The notes under the pieces: generated by a model
What the model saw: only the letters and a program-made list of their open reading frames with translations
What the model was told of the DNA's origin: nothing
The model's database searches: none
Shown here: positions 21,397 through 29,741 of the stretch, one piece after another
Numbering within the stretch: position 1 is the stretch's first letter
How the letters are laid out: each line of letters opens with the position of its first letter
Made by a program: the position numbers and the translations under genes
Source of the DNA: a virus
Direction: 5' to 3' (one strand)
Virus record (IMG/VR): IMGVR_UViG_3300022746_000018
Length of the DNA stretch: 64,000 nt

Positions 21397-21482
21397 CGGA
21401 AGATGTGAGATTCGAACTCACGGTAGGTTTTGCCTACGCTTGTTTTCAAGACAAGTGCCTTAGTCCACTAGGCTAATCTTCC
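21397..21482 (-). tRNA. tRNA-Ser (anticodon TGA), type II
   Basis: Anticodon arm CUUGU-CUUGAAA-ACAAG, a long variable arm GUAGG...CCUAC, and a perfect acceptor. Confidence 0.85.
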
Positions 21483-21492
21483 TTATGTATTA

Positions 21493-21521
21493 ATTATATA
21501 GGTGTGATATCTATTTGTCAA
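21493..21521 (-). promoter_or_regulatory. consensus promoter TTGACA-N17-TATAAT driving the tRNA cluster
   Basis: -35 at 21521-21516 and -10 at 21498-21493. The tRNA-Ser 5' end lies about 11 nt downstream. Confidence 0.75.
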
Positions 21522-21524
21522 GCA

Positions 21525-21944
21525 TTATTTAGAAAATGCTGACCCAGACCAAACATTGTCTGATTTAGTTCCCATTGATCCGCCAGGACCACCAGAAGCA
21601 AATGCTCCTGTGCTATTATTCGCATCTGCTGAAATACCCCTACGAGCTTTTAGCTTTTTAGCTCTACGACTTTTACGCTTACCGCCTGGATTTACATCAG
21701 GATATTTAATGCCTACTCCTGGGTAGTGTGGATTTGGTGTAGACGATGGATTGATTCCAGATCCTGTTAGTAATCCGTCTCCCATTGCTTTATCTATTCC
21801 TGGCTCATTGATATGAAGAGCTGCCATTTGCTTCATAGCATCATCTTGTGATGGGTGGCATCCCATAACTTCACCAGTTTTAGTTTTAACTACAGGGTAT
21901 CCAGAGCAACCGTGAGAACCCTTTTCTCCGATTGAGTAAGGCAT
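21525..21944 (-). CDS. hypothetical protein (139 aa) with basic Gly-rich tail
   Basis: Track ORF, ATGA-type coupling. Confidence 0.75.
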   Translation of the reverse strand: MPYSIGEKGSHGCSGYPVVKTKTGEVMGCHPSQDDAMKQMAALHINEPGIDKAMGDGLLTGSGINPSSTPNPHYPGVGIKYPDVNPGGKRKSRRAKKLKARRGISADANNSTGAFASGGPGGSMGTKSDNVWSGSAFSK

Positions 21945-22399
21945 TAGTCCTGCTCAACATCCTTGGCAGATGCACGAAGCTGCCAGCACCACTTCTGGTG
22001 CATAGTCTGACGGTCTCCAAGGAAGTTTGCTAGTCCATACTGCTTTGCTGCAGTTGCATTGTCGCAAGCAGCGACTATTGCAGCAGTAACTAGGTCTAGA
22101 GACTCACAAAGATCATTAGCCATATCGATTGGGTCTGAGGACACTGAAGCCTCTGGAACGATGCTAAGAGATGCTAAACGTGATAGAGAGAATGGAGCAT
22201 ATGCATTTACATCAAGCATACGAATCCATTCTGCAAATGTGTCAATAGCACCATCTAGATCCTCGTAGATGTCTCCAAACTTATCGTGCCATTGAGGGAA
22301 ATCGTCCCCTTCACAGTTCCAGTGGAAACCATGTGCCTTAAATTTAAGGGCTACGGTGCTGGCTTCAAGCACCTTTAGGGTATCAATTAACTCATTCAT
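21944..22399 (-). CDS. dps: Dps-like ferritin-fold protein
   Basis: LKFKAHGFHWNCEGDDFPQWHDKFGDIYEDLD matches the Dps ferroxidase-site pattern. Leaderless start. Confidence 0.8.
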   Translation of the reverse strand: MNELIDTLKVLEASTVALKFKAHGFHWNCEGDDFPQWHDKFGDIYEDLDGAIDTFAEWIRMLDVNAYAPFSLSRLASLSIVPEASVSSDPIDMANDLCESLDLVTAAIVAACDNATAAKQYGLANFLGDRQTMHQKWCWQLRASAKDVEQD

Positions 22400-22405
22400 A
22401 CTAAC

Positions 22406-22414
22406 ATTATAGCA
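22406..22414 (-). promoter_or_regulatory. extended -10 promoter (TGcTATAAT), leaderless dps
   Basis: TATAAT at 22411-22406 on the - strand. The ATG at 22399 lies 7 nt downstream. Confidence 0.55.
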
Positions 22415-22454
22415 TAATAATAGAGCAGTTTTAACTCGTGCTCAGGAGTATATG

Positions 22455-22901
22455 TTAGCCAATATTAATTGACTTTGGCTTTTCTTCTTCTGGAACTGAT
22501 CTTACCAGAGAAATAGAAAGAATTCCATCTGCAACGGATGCATCAAGAACTTCTGTATAGTCTGGCAAAGTAAACGAACGAGAGAACTTGCGAGTGGCAA
22601 TACCCTTGTGTAAATACTTTGCTCCATCAATTAGTTCATCGATATCATCAATAGTTTTTTCACCAACGATTGACAATACCCCCTTGTGTGTCGTTACCTG
22701 GATTTCTTCACGAGAAAACCCTGCAACTGCAAACTCAAATAGCCATTCGTCATTATCAATTTGAATAATGTTGTAAGGTGGGTAGTTGGTTGCTCCAGTT
22801 ACTGGGCTCTTTGCGAGTGTGTTGAACATCTTATCAAATTCCTGACTAAGTGTTCCAATGTTGGGGAATCCCCCATTAGGTCCATAAGTTAATGTAACCA
22901 T
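22455..22901 (-). CDS. small heat-shock protein (Hsp20 / alpha-crystallin)
   Basis: AVAGFSREEIQV...GVLSIVGEK...RSFTLPD...DGILSISL pattern. The ATG at 22901 lies 9 nt after AGGAG; the track start at 22910 abuts the RBS. Confidence 0.85.
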   Translation of the reverse strand: MVTLTYGPNGGFPNIGTLSQEFDKMFNTLAKSPVTGATNYPPYNIIQIDNDEWLFEFAVAGFSREEIQVTTHKGVLSIVGEKTIDDIDELIDGAKYLHKGIATRKFSRSFTLPDYTEVLDASVADGILSISLVRSVPEEEKPKSINIG

Positions 22902-22954
22902 ATATATCATCTCCTATTAAGCGAGTTGTGCATCCCATTTGGCGATGCATATAT

Positions 22955-22983
22955 ATTATAGCAAAAGAAAAGAGGTAATGCAA
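22955..22983 (-). promoter_or_regulatory. promoter TTGCAT-N17-TATAAT (TGn) for hsp20
   Basis: -10 at 22960-22955. The -35 lies inside the upstream terminator hairpin. Confidence 0.55.
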
Positions 22984-22993
22984 ATGCATTACC
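22961..22993 (-). terminator. rho-independent terminator
   Basis: GGUAAUGCA-UU-UGCAUUACC followed by UCUUUUCUUUU on the - strand. Confidence 0.75.
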
Positions 22994-23012
22994 CCTAATC
23001 TATTTAGCAATA

Positions 23013-23282
23013 CTACTTCTTTGCAGTAGTCTTTTTTACAGCTGGTTTCTTTGCCACTGGCTTGACTTCAGTCAATGCCTCCTCAATTTCCTTAGCTGCT
23101 GGAACACGTCCAAAAGCAGGATCATTTGGATTTATGTAGCGAATGATTACAGGAACCAATGCTGCCAGGAGAGCGTTTAGCAACTCCGTTGGATTAGTAA
23201 TACCAGACATGTATAGTGCTATTGCTGCACCCAGAACTGATCGTCCATAGGATGCAAGAAGAGCCTTAGTCTTTGCATTCAT
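23013..23282 (-). CDS. membrane protein with Lys/Ala-rich tail (holin-like, tentative)
   Basis: Track ORF. Two hydrophobic segments and a KKPAVKKTTAKK tail. Confidence 0.7.
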   Translation of the reverse strand: MNAKTKALLASYGRSVLGAAIALYMSGITNPTELLNALLAALVPVIIRYINPNDPAFGRVPAAKEIEEALTEVKPVAKKPAVKKTTAKK

Positions 23283-23291
23283 AATTTCTCC

Positions 23292-23693
23292 TTAATTATT
23301 TGGCGTTTCGCTAGGAAGGGTTGCAGCCTTCAAAGTTTCAAATGCCTTTTTAATTTCTTTAACATCTTTATATCTAGATGTTTCAAAAATTGATTTTGTT
23401 TCACTATCAAACTTTTTGATAGCTTCTTGTAATGACTCTATAAAGCTAAAGGCTGAGTCTCTTGACTCTTCCAAAAACTTTAAGAACCCATCTGTTTGTT
23501 CTATTGGCTTTTTCTCTAAATTATCTAGAGCTTCTGACAATTTCCCCAACACTAAATATCGATCTATTATTGCTTGGTTTAGTAACTCTTCCGTAATCTT
23601 GTTATGCTTACGAAGCTTGTATACATAAAACACAAGTGCAATAGTTCCCATCGATGAAATTGATAAGATAATGTCATTCAACATCTTTCCCAC
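23292..23693 (-). CDS. N-terminally anchored coiled-coil protein (133 aa)
   Basis: Track ORF with the TM helix IILSISSMGTIALVFYVY. Confidence 0.7.
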   Translation of the reverse strand: MGKMLNDIILSISSMGTIALVFYVYKLRKHNKITEELLNQAIIDRYLVLGKLSEALDNLEKKPIEQTDGFLKFLEESRDSAFSFIESLQEAIKKFDSETKSIFETSRYKDVKEIKKAFETLKAATLPSETPNN

Positions 23694-23919
23694 CTTCTCT
23701 AACTACCAACACAATAGCTCCATTAGCCTCAAATGCCATTTTTACCTTAGACATGTATTCTACAGCCTTACGCTTATCAAAATCATTCAGTCTCATAAAG
23801 ACATCTTCTTTAGCTAAGATTGTGATAAACATGTCATTGTCAAAAACATCTACATAAAAGCCTTTTGGACAGTAAGAGTCTAGAGAGCGAAAAGCCCTCT
23901 TCATGTCGTTTGTATACAT
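23674..23919 (-). CDS. hypothetical protein (81 aa)
   Basis: Track ORF. Confidence 0.7.
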   Translation of the reverse strand: MYTNDMKRAFRSLDSYCPKGFYVDVFDNDMFITILAKEDVFMRLNDFDKRKAVEYMSKVKMAFEANGAIVLVVREGGKDVE

Positions 23920-24215
23920 TATTTGTCTCTATCTATTGTTAGATTTGCCCATTTTTCAGCCCAGTCTTGTTTGGATTTGTGTCTATTAAATTCCCTGGAA
24001 ATTTTTCCATTCTCTAAATAAACTCCACCCCAAACACCCCAAGCTTTTTGAGAGATGCCAACAGCAAAACAGTGTCTAACCAACGGACAACTAGCACATA
24101 GTTCATCTATGTCTCGTCTTAGTTCGTATGATTCATCATTTTCATAATCATCATAAAACAAGTTGGTGTCAAATGATTTACATATAGCATCGTCTTTCCA
24201 AGCATTATTACTCAT
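23919..24215 (-). CDS. whiB: WhiB-like Fe-S transcription factor
   Basis: C-x(n)-C-x2-C-x5-C pattern (ICKSFD...CASCPLVRHC) followed by GVWGG. Confidence 0.85.
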   Translation of the reverse strand: MSNNAWKDDAICKSFDTNLFYDDYENDESYELRRDIDELCASCPLVRHCFAVGISQKAWGVWGGVYLENGKISREFNRHKSKQDWAEKWANLTIDRDK

Positions 24216-24217
24216 GA

Positions 24218-24430
24218 CTACCTCATAAGTTTACTTGGAATCTCCCAACCCTTAGCAGTTGCATCATAACGCTTCTGTATGATCCACTTGCCATCAACGT
24301 ATGCACCGTCTTTTGACATTGCACCATTATCATTGGTTCGGTTTTCTAGGACGGTCCAGCCATCCCAAGATAGGCTATCGTTATTCTCTACGATAGTCTC
24401 CATCTCTTCTAGTGATTTGATAAACATCAT
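24218..24430 (-). CDS. hypothetical protein (70 aa)
   Basis: Track ORF. Confidence 0.7.
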   Translation of the reverse strand: MMFIKSLEEMETIVENNDSLSWDGWTVLENRTNDNGAMSKDGAYVDGKWIIQKRYDATAKGWEIPSKLMR

Positions 24431-24435
24431 CTCTC

Positions 24436-24786
24436 CTAGTATCTATATACGCCTACTTCAACACTCTTCTTGTCTGCAATATCAACCAATGGAGAAACTG
24501 TCTCCTTTGGCTTGCTAAAGAATGCGAAGTAGTCTATCTTACTCATATTTTCTTCGATCCACGAAGGTGGAACTTTAATAAGCTTAATTTTAATTCCACG
24601 AGCCTTAAGGCTACGTTCCGAGATATTCGTAAACTCCATTGCCATAGAGTTTAAACGTGCTGGACCAGCAGAATAAACAAGAATTATCTCGTCACCCTGT
24701 TCAAGACCAGACATGGCTGTTCCCATAGCTCTAAGGAAAATGGAATAATCATCAAAATTTTTAGTTGCCTGTATGGCAATAATCAT
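24436..24786 (-). CDS. hypothetical protein (116 aa)
   Basis: Track ORF. Confidence 0.75.
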   Translation of the reverse strand: MIIAIQATKNFDDYSIFLRAMGTAMSGLEQGDEIILVYSAGPARLNSMAMEFTNISERSLKARGIKIKLIKVPPSWIEENMSKIDYFAFFSKPKETVSPLVDIADKKSVEVGVYRY

Positions 24787-25151
24787 TTTTCTAATCCTTC
24801 CGTAAGCTTTTCGATAACAAATGCTATCTTTTCTAATTGTATCTTGTCCATGCTTATCATGTCAAGCTGTTTTGCTGAAGTTTTATCAATATTATTTTCA
24901 TCTGCCATATTTGCAACAAATACAGCATTGTCTTTAATCCAATAAGCTTCATTATCCATAACGAATACACGCATCATTAGGGATTTCTCAAACTTTCTAG
25001 CCTGAGTTTCTTTATATTCTAATTTCTTCAGAATGTCCAGAATGGGCATTGCAGGAGCGATTGTCTTATAAATATATGATTGTGAAATTCTTACTTTATA
25101 TGTTGGCTTTCTAAAGAAATCTGCAACATGTAGTAAAAATTTTATAATCAT
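24783..25151 (-). CDS. hypothetical protein (122 aa), leaderless
   Basis: Track ORF. The ATG at 25151 lies 7 nt past the TATAAT of a consensus promoter. Confidence 0.7.
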   Translation of the reverse strand: MIIKFLLHVADFFRKPTYKVRISQSYIYKTIAPAMPILDILKKLEYKETQARKFEKSLMMRVFVMDNEAYWIKDNAVFVANMADENNIDKTSAKQLDMISMDKIQLEKIAFVIEKLTEGLEK

Positions 25152-25157
25152 AAAACA

Positions 25158-25186
25158 ATTATACGACTATAGTTACTTGTTGTCAA
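25158..25186 (-). promoter_or_regulatory. consensus promoter TTGACA-N17-TATAAT inside the 3' end of the upstream gene
   Basis: -35 at 25186-25181 and -10 at 25163-25158. Confidence 0.7.
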
Positions 25187-25598
25187 GGTAATCTGTGCAA
25201 ATTCCAAAGCAATCATATTCCCCAGAATTTTCTAGGTCTACGATTACGGACCAATCTCCAACTTGCTTGCCTGGATATGTCCAAACGTAATTTTGACTAG
25301 TCATAGTAAAGTCATCTTCTTGATGCCAAAAGTAATTAAAAGAGTTGCCCATCTTGGCAAAATGATCTAGAGCTTCAAAATTTTTACAATGAATCCAAAG
25401 ATGAAGAATATTCTTGAGCAAGAAATCTTCTGTGATTAAATATTGTGCATGGTCGTGCCCAGCCCAAAGATATTGACCCATCTTCCATACATCTATCTCA
25501 ACATCATAACCCTTATCCATAGCTTCTTCTAGATACCAAAGTTGGTTTTCATGAATGCTAGGACCGTTGGTGTTTCCTCTATGTGCGATCTTTCTCAA
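25173..25598 (-). CDS. glycerophosphodiester-phosphodiesterase-like (GDPD fold) protein
   Basis: AHRGN...HENQL...G.D.EIDVW...AGHDH pattern. A TTG at 25598 lies 6 nt after GGAGG; the track ATG at 25628 would overlap the upstream gene by 50 nt. Confidence 0.6.
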   Translation of the reverse strand: MRKIAHRGNTNGPSIHENQLWYLEEAMDKGYDVEIDVWKMGQYLWAGHDHAQYLITEDFLLKNILHLWIHCKNFEALDHFAKMGNSFNYFWHQEDDFTMTSQNYVWTYPGKQVGDWSVIVDLENSGEYDCFGICTDYLDNK

Positions 25599-26289
25599 GA
25601 TATGCCTCCAAATCTTCAGGTGTTCCAATACCGTGCATTTCTTCTACAAAATATGGAATCACGATATGACCATCATTGATGGCTTCATTATAAACTGGAC
25701 AGATATAGAATTCATTATTAGTTCTAATATTCTTTTCAATCATTTGTTCTGCATATTTAACATAGTCGGAACCATGCTGGAATCCATAGACACCTACACT
25801 GGCATTGTCACTAATAACTTCTTTTTCTGCTACCTTTGTAACCATACCGCCATTAATTTGAGCAAAGGACCACTTGGGATCATTGGCTTTAAATAGGGCT
25901 ATAGCGTCCCTAGAACGGAGCAGGGAGGTAAATACCAAACTATCCCATATGATTACCTGGTCTGAATTTGCAATTAGCAAAGGAGCATCATTATTGATCA
26001 AATCTTTTGCAGCAAGAGTAGTTCTTGCAGCACCATCTGTAAGTCCATCTATCTCAACAATCTTGCATCCTGGAACAAATTCATCCAATACATCTTGAAG
26101 ATGATATTTTACAGAGTGTTCTTTTTGCACAATAAAAATATAATTGCCATCAATATTAAGACTATCAATTACAGCCTTAATCATCGGAACACCGTTAACA
26201 TCAATAAGTGGTTTTGGCTTTTCGTATCCCTTTTGGGCAAATCTAGATCCCAGACCTGCCATTGGTATAAGTATGTTTATTTTACTCAA
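25579..26289 (-). CDS. sugar-phosphate nucleotidyltransferase
   Basis: N-terminal ILIPMAGLGSRF...KPKPLI signature of the NTP_transferase fold. Confidence 0.8.
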   Translation of the reverse strand: MSKINILIPMAGLGSRFAQKGYEKPKPLIDVNGVPMIKAVIDSLNIDGNYIFIVQKEHSVKYHLQDVLDEFVPGCKIVEIDGLTDGAARTTLAAKDLINNDAPLLIANSDQVIIWDSLVFTSLLRSRDAIALFKANDPKWSFAQINGGMVTKVAEKEVISDNASVGVYGFQHGSDYVKYAEQMIEKNIRTNNEFYICPVYNEAINDGHIVIPYFVEEMHGIGTPEDLEAYLEKDRT

Positions 26290-26905
26290 GATAACTGATC
26301 ACCATATTTCTTACAAAACGCATAGTGATATCTGCTCTACTTTCTACTTCTACAAGATGTCCACCAGATGCCCTGGCTGCTTCTCTTCCGATATTGCTAT
26401 CTTCAAATATTATAGCATTCTCTGGGGCTACGCCAAGCATAGCCATACACTTATTATAGATTTCAGGATTAGGCTTGGGATTACTTACATCCTCATTACT
26501 CAAAGATACATCTATATATCTCCAGATACCTAATGATTGTAAACAGTTAGTCAGGGTGTCTCTGATGCTATTACTAGCTACTCCCACCTTAAGCCCACTA
26601 TCCTGGAGATATTTAAATATATCTATAAGCTCTGGATCTGATTCAAGACTCTCAAACATCACAGACGAATATTCCTGTTTAAGTTGCCAGACATACTGAT
26701 GTAACTCTTTTGGAAGCCCCTTGAGATGTGTGAGTAAATCTAATTTAGATTTAGTAGTCATTCCCTCATAGATAGTGTCTTGCTCTTCTTGTGATATAAC
26801 ATATTTATTATTTACATTGGCGAGGGCAAGATTGAGAGCATTAAAATGTAACTCTTTGCTTTCAACAAGGACTCCATCAAGATCAAATATAACTGCTTTA
26901 TTCAT
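26282..26905 (-). CDS. HAD-superfamily phosphatase / phosphomutase
   Basis: VIFDLDGVLVES motif I and FEDSNIGREAA motif IV. Confidence 0.8.
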   Translation of the reverse strand: MNKAVIFDLDGVLVESKELHFNALNLALANVNNKYVISQEEQDTIYEGMTTKSKLDLLTHLKGLPKELHQYVWQLKQEYSSVMFESLESDPELIDIFKYLQDSGLKVGVASNSIRDTLTNCLQSLGIWRYIDVSLSNEDVSNPKPNPEIYNKCMAMLGVAPENAIIFEDSNIGREAARASGGHLVEVESRADITMRFVRNMVISYLE

Positions 26906-28025
26906 GGGTAATAAAGTCTTTCAAGCCTGGAACATTTTCAATAATGCTCTTTATCTTTTCTGCTTTTCTATGGAAATTAGGGATTGATACGTATACGATA
27001 TCTCTAAAGAATGCTAAGTTGTGATAGAACATATGAAGTTCTTGAACTAAATTAGGATCTAATGCAATGTCTTCAGGGTCTATTTCATTTTCTGCAAAAT
27101 ATCCTTCTGTAATTAAAGGTGAGTGAGTAATCAGTGGGGTAGCTAGTTCAATCAGGATACCACCTGGCTTCATAAACATGGCATTGGTTAATCCAGATCC
27201 AGTGACTCCAGCCACAATCCTAGCTGAATTAAATAATGCAATTTGTTCCTCAAAAGTTTGGATAGACTCACCATATACTATATCAAATCCCATTTCAAGA
27301 AAAACTTGCTCAATTTCTTGATGGTTGTCCATTCTATTGTCATTAGGATATGAAAAGTCTTGAGTGTGGTGTCCAAAATTTGAATCTGCAACCCTGGCTC
27401 TGGAAATAAAGATCTTTCTTTCTCCAGACTTATCTGCTGCTATAGTGAGATGCTTTGTCAAATATTCATAAAGCAGGTCAAGTCTTGCACCAGAATGGAA
27501 TGGGAATAGAACTTTTGAGAACTTATTTATATAAATACCATCTACCTTAGACAGGTCTACCAGGGTATACTTTACTTTGTCTTTGTCTAAACATGCTAAG
27601 AAATAATTAACAAGATCCCATTCAACCTTGTCTAACCTATCTGCAATATCGGTTATATCTAAGATTAACTCAATATTCTTTGGAGAGATTTGCAAAGCAT
27701 ATACAATTTCTGCAAGATCGTCTGCTACAACGTGATAGAAGCTATTAACTAATGGCTTAAAAAGCTTGATATTGTCATTTACAAAGTTCAATACATTTGG
27801 TCCAACATCCTGATATCCAGGAGCAATTGCTGCACTAAGCCCTTTGGCTAAATGCTTGGTTCCATGCTTGGCCTCTGGATCTGTAAATACCATTGTTGAT
27901 ATTTCATCAACAAAGGGTAGATGATTTTTGTAACCTTTTGGGATATTGGTCTCTAGCACCCTAGAGATACCTTCTCCGCCTCTTCCAAAAACTGTAAATG
28001 CTTTCTTGATAGCAGTCTTATTCAT
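26898..28025 (-). CDS. glycosyltransferase, GT61/DUF563-like
   Basis: RKIFISRA...EQIALFNSARIVAGVTGSGLTNAMFMKPGGILIEL pattern recalled from GT61/DUF563 proteins. Confidence 0.65.
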   Translation of the reverse strand: MNKTAIKKAFTVFGRGGEGISRVLETNIPKGYKNHLPFVDEISTMVFTDPEAKHGTKHLAKGLSAAIAPGYQDVGPNVLNFVNDNIKLFKPLVNSFYHVVADDLAEIVYALQISPKNIELILDITDIADRLDKVEWDLVNYFLACLDKDKVKYTLVDLSKVDGIYINKFSKVLFPFHSGARLDLLYEYLTKHLTIAADKSGERKIFISRARVADSNFGHHTQDFSYPNDNRMDNHQEIEQVFLEMGFDIVYGESIQTFEEQIALFNSARIVAGVTGSGLTNAMFMKPGGILIELATPLITHSPLITEGYFAENEIDPEDIALDPNLVQELHMFYHNLAFFRDIVYVSIPNFHRKAEKIKSIIENVPGLKDFITHE

Positions 28026-28026
28026 A

Positions 28027-28245
28027 CTAATCTTCTAATGTCCTATTCTCTATGAGACGTTCTCTCTCATCAATTATATCAAAAGCAAACGCTTCTAGTT
28101 TAGATCCATTAGCTTTGTTATAGTGATGGGCACAGAACATAAGCTCTCCAGAGATTCCCCTGACTAGAACATATGCCTGTGCCCCACACTGATAACCATC
28201 GCATCGGTCATTGGCTGTCAATGTCCATGCCTTGGTTTCAATCAT
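28027..28245 (-). CDS. hypothetical Cys/His protein (72 aa)
   Basis: Track ORF, TAATG coupling. Confidence 0.7.
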   Translation of the reverse strand: MIETKAWTLTANDRCDGYQCGAQAYVLVRGISGELMFCAHHYNKANGSKLEAFAFDIIDERERLIENRTLED

Positions 28246-28421
28246 TACTTATCCTTGCTGTAAAATCCACTACCGTTAAATGTAATGGCTCCAATGTTGT
28301 ATACTTGAGTCATTTTGTTACCGCATTTTTCACACATGTGAGTTGGTGTAGGTGCAGTAATTGATCTTGTTTCTGATAAAGTAGTTTCACATTCACGACA
28401 AATATATTGGTATGTTGGCAT
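28245..28421 (-). CDS. FmdB-family zinc-ribbon protein (58 aa)
   Basis: Hand-translated MPTYQYICRECETT...CEKCGNKM... It is TAATG-coupled at both ends. Confidence 0.6.
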   Translation of the reverse strand: MPTYQYICRECETTLSETRSITAPTPTHMCEKCGNKMTQVYNIGAITFNGSGFYSKDK

Positions 28422-29143
28422 TAACCCAGAGCCTTCCAGGTAAGCGGACCAACAACTCCATCGGCCTTTAGTCCCGACTTCTTCTGAAGGGCTGCAACAG
28501 CCTTGTGAGTGTTGCTACCAAAGAATCCTACTTCATCTCCAGTAACACCAAGAGTTGTTTGAAGATACTTAACTGCTGCACCCTCAGAACCCTTCTTTAG
28601 TTCTCCAACAAGCTTTGGCTTGGCTGGCTTCTTTGGTGCTGGAGCAGCGACAACTGCTGCTGGAGCCTCTGCCTTTGGTGCTGCTGGAGCAGCAGGAGCA
28701 GACCCTGTAGAATTTTTTGTAATGTGCTTAATAGGATCAATTAGCTTATCATATGGTGCTAGGTGACCATTCTTTTGCTTTGACATTCCTAGGTGAAGGT
28801 GGGCCCCAGTGCTTGCGGATCCACTTGGAGTATTGCGTCCTCCACCAACACGACCAATAGGTTGACCAAGAGTAACAAGATCTCCTACCTTATAGCTTTG
28901 TGGCTTTGCTGCAAGGTGACAGTATTGAGCGTAAACTCCATCTTCACCTAGCACTTCTACAACGTGACCAAGAACATCAGACCAGAAAATCTGAGTAACT
29001 TTTCCTGCAGTAATTGCTGGAATGATTGTCTTTTCTGCTGGATGCCAGTCTTGTCCACGGTGTGGGTGCTTGCGGTATGAAGCCATGTTTCCGAATTCAT
29101 CACCACGTAATTTCTTATCAAATGGTTCTTTATAAAGTGCCAT
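28421..29143 (-). CDS. endolysin: M23 peptidase + peptidoglycan-binding domain
   Basis: HRGQDW...H.H.G M23 pattern, an Ala/Pro linker, and a C-terminal YLQTTLGV...ALQKKSGLKADGVVGPLTW PG_binding_1 pattern. Confidence 0.85.
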   Translation of the reverse strand: MALYKEPFDKKLRGDEFGNMASYRKHPHRGQDWHPAEKTIIPAITAGKVTQIFWSDVLGHVVEVLGEDGVYAQYCHLAAKPQSYKVGDLVTLGQPIGRVGGGRNTPSGSASTGAHLHLGMSKQKNGHLAPYDKLIDPIKHITKNSTGSAPAAPAAPKAEAPAAVVAAPAPKKPAKPKLVGELKKGSEGAAVKYLQTTLGVTGDEVGFFGSNTHKAVAALQKKSGLKADGVVGPLTWKALG

Positions 29144-29194
29144 TATTCCTCCTAATGTAGAGTTTTCTACATATTAATTTTAGCATTACTTTGG

Positions 29195-29266
<72 letters not shown>

Positions 29267-29276
29267 GTATTATTTA

Positions 29277-29305
29277 ATTATAGCACTAGAACTACTTGCC
29301 GTCAA
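29277..29305 (-). promoter_or_regulatory. promoter TTGACG-N17-TATAAT driving tRNA-Thr and the endolysin
   Basis: -35 at 29305-29300, inside the HNH gene 3' end; -10 at 29282-29277. Confidence 0.65.
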
Positions 29306-29726
29306 GTGGTTTGTGTGGTTTAATTAAAAGCTTCATGTTTGCCTGTTCTGGAGTGCGTCCACCTTTTTTCAGATTACATTCCCTGCAGCAAGCAACAGTA
29401 TTAAGCCAGGTAGACATTCCATCCTGGCATCTTGGAATAACGTGATCTACAGTAGTGGCATGTTTCTTACAGTATGCACAAACATTATTATCTCTACGAA
29501 GCACTGCTTCCTTGGAGTATTGATTCTTACGAATCTCATACTTCCAACGAGCATAGATATACTTAACCAGCTGGACAGCCTTTGGGATAATAAAAGAACC
29601 CACAGAATCATCCGTGGGCGTGATAATGCTTACTACACCCCGATGAAGCATGGTTAGTGCTTTCTTAACAGATACTGTCATTAGAAGTTCTGTTCCGCCT
29701 TGGTTATATACTGCTACGTTTGTCAT
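29292..29726 (-). CDS. HNH endonuclease
   Basis: CAYC...DHVIP...N....CC..CN..K pattern. Confidence 0.85.
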   Translation of the reverse strand: MTNVAVYNQGGTELLMTVSVKKALTMLHRGVVSIITPTDDSVGSFIIPKAVQLVKYIYARWKYEIRKNQYSKEAVLRRDNNVCAYCKKHATTVDHVIPRCQDGMSTWLNTVACCRECNLKKGGRTPEQANMKLLIKPHKPLDGK

Positions 29727-29741
29727 AATGATTCTATTATA

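Noticed and set aside
21206-21476. Two + strand ORFs of 85 and 60 aa
   Set aside because: They run antisense across the four tRNA genes Gln, Leu(TAG), Tyr and Ser.
22929-22949. Whether the hsp20 5'-UTR hairpin is an RNA thermometer
   Set aside because: The stem does not pair with the AGGAG RBS (22915-22911) or the start codon. It sits at the predicted 5' end of the transcript, so a stabiliser role is more likely.
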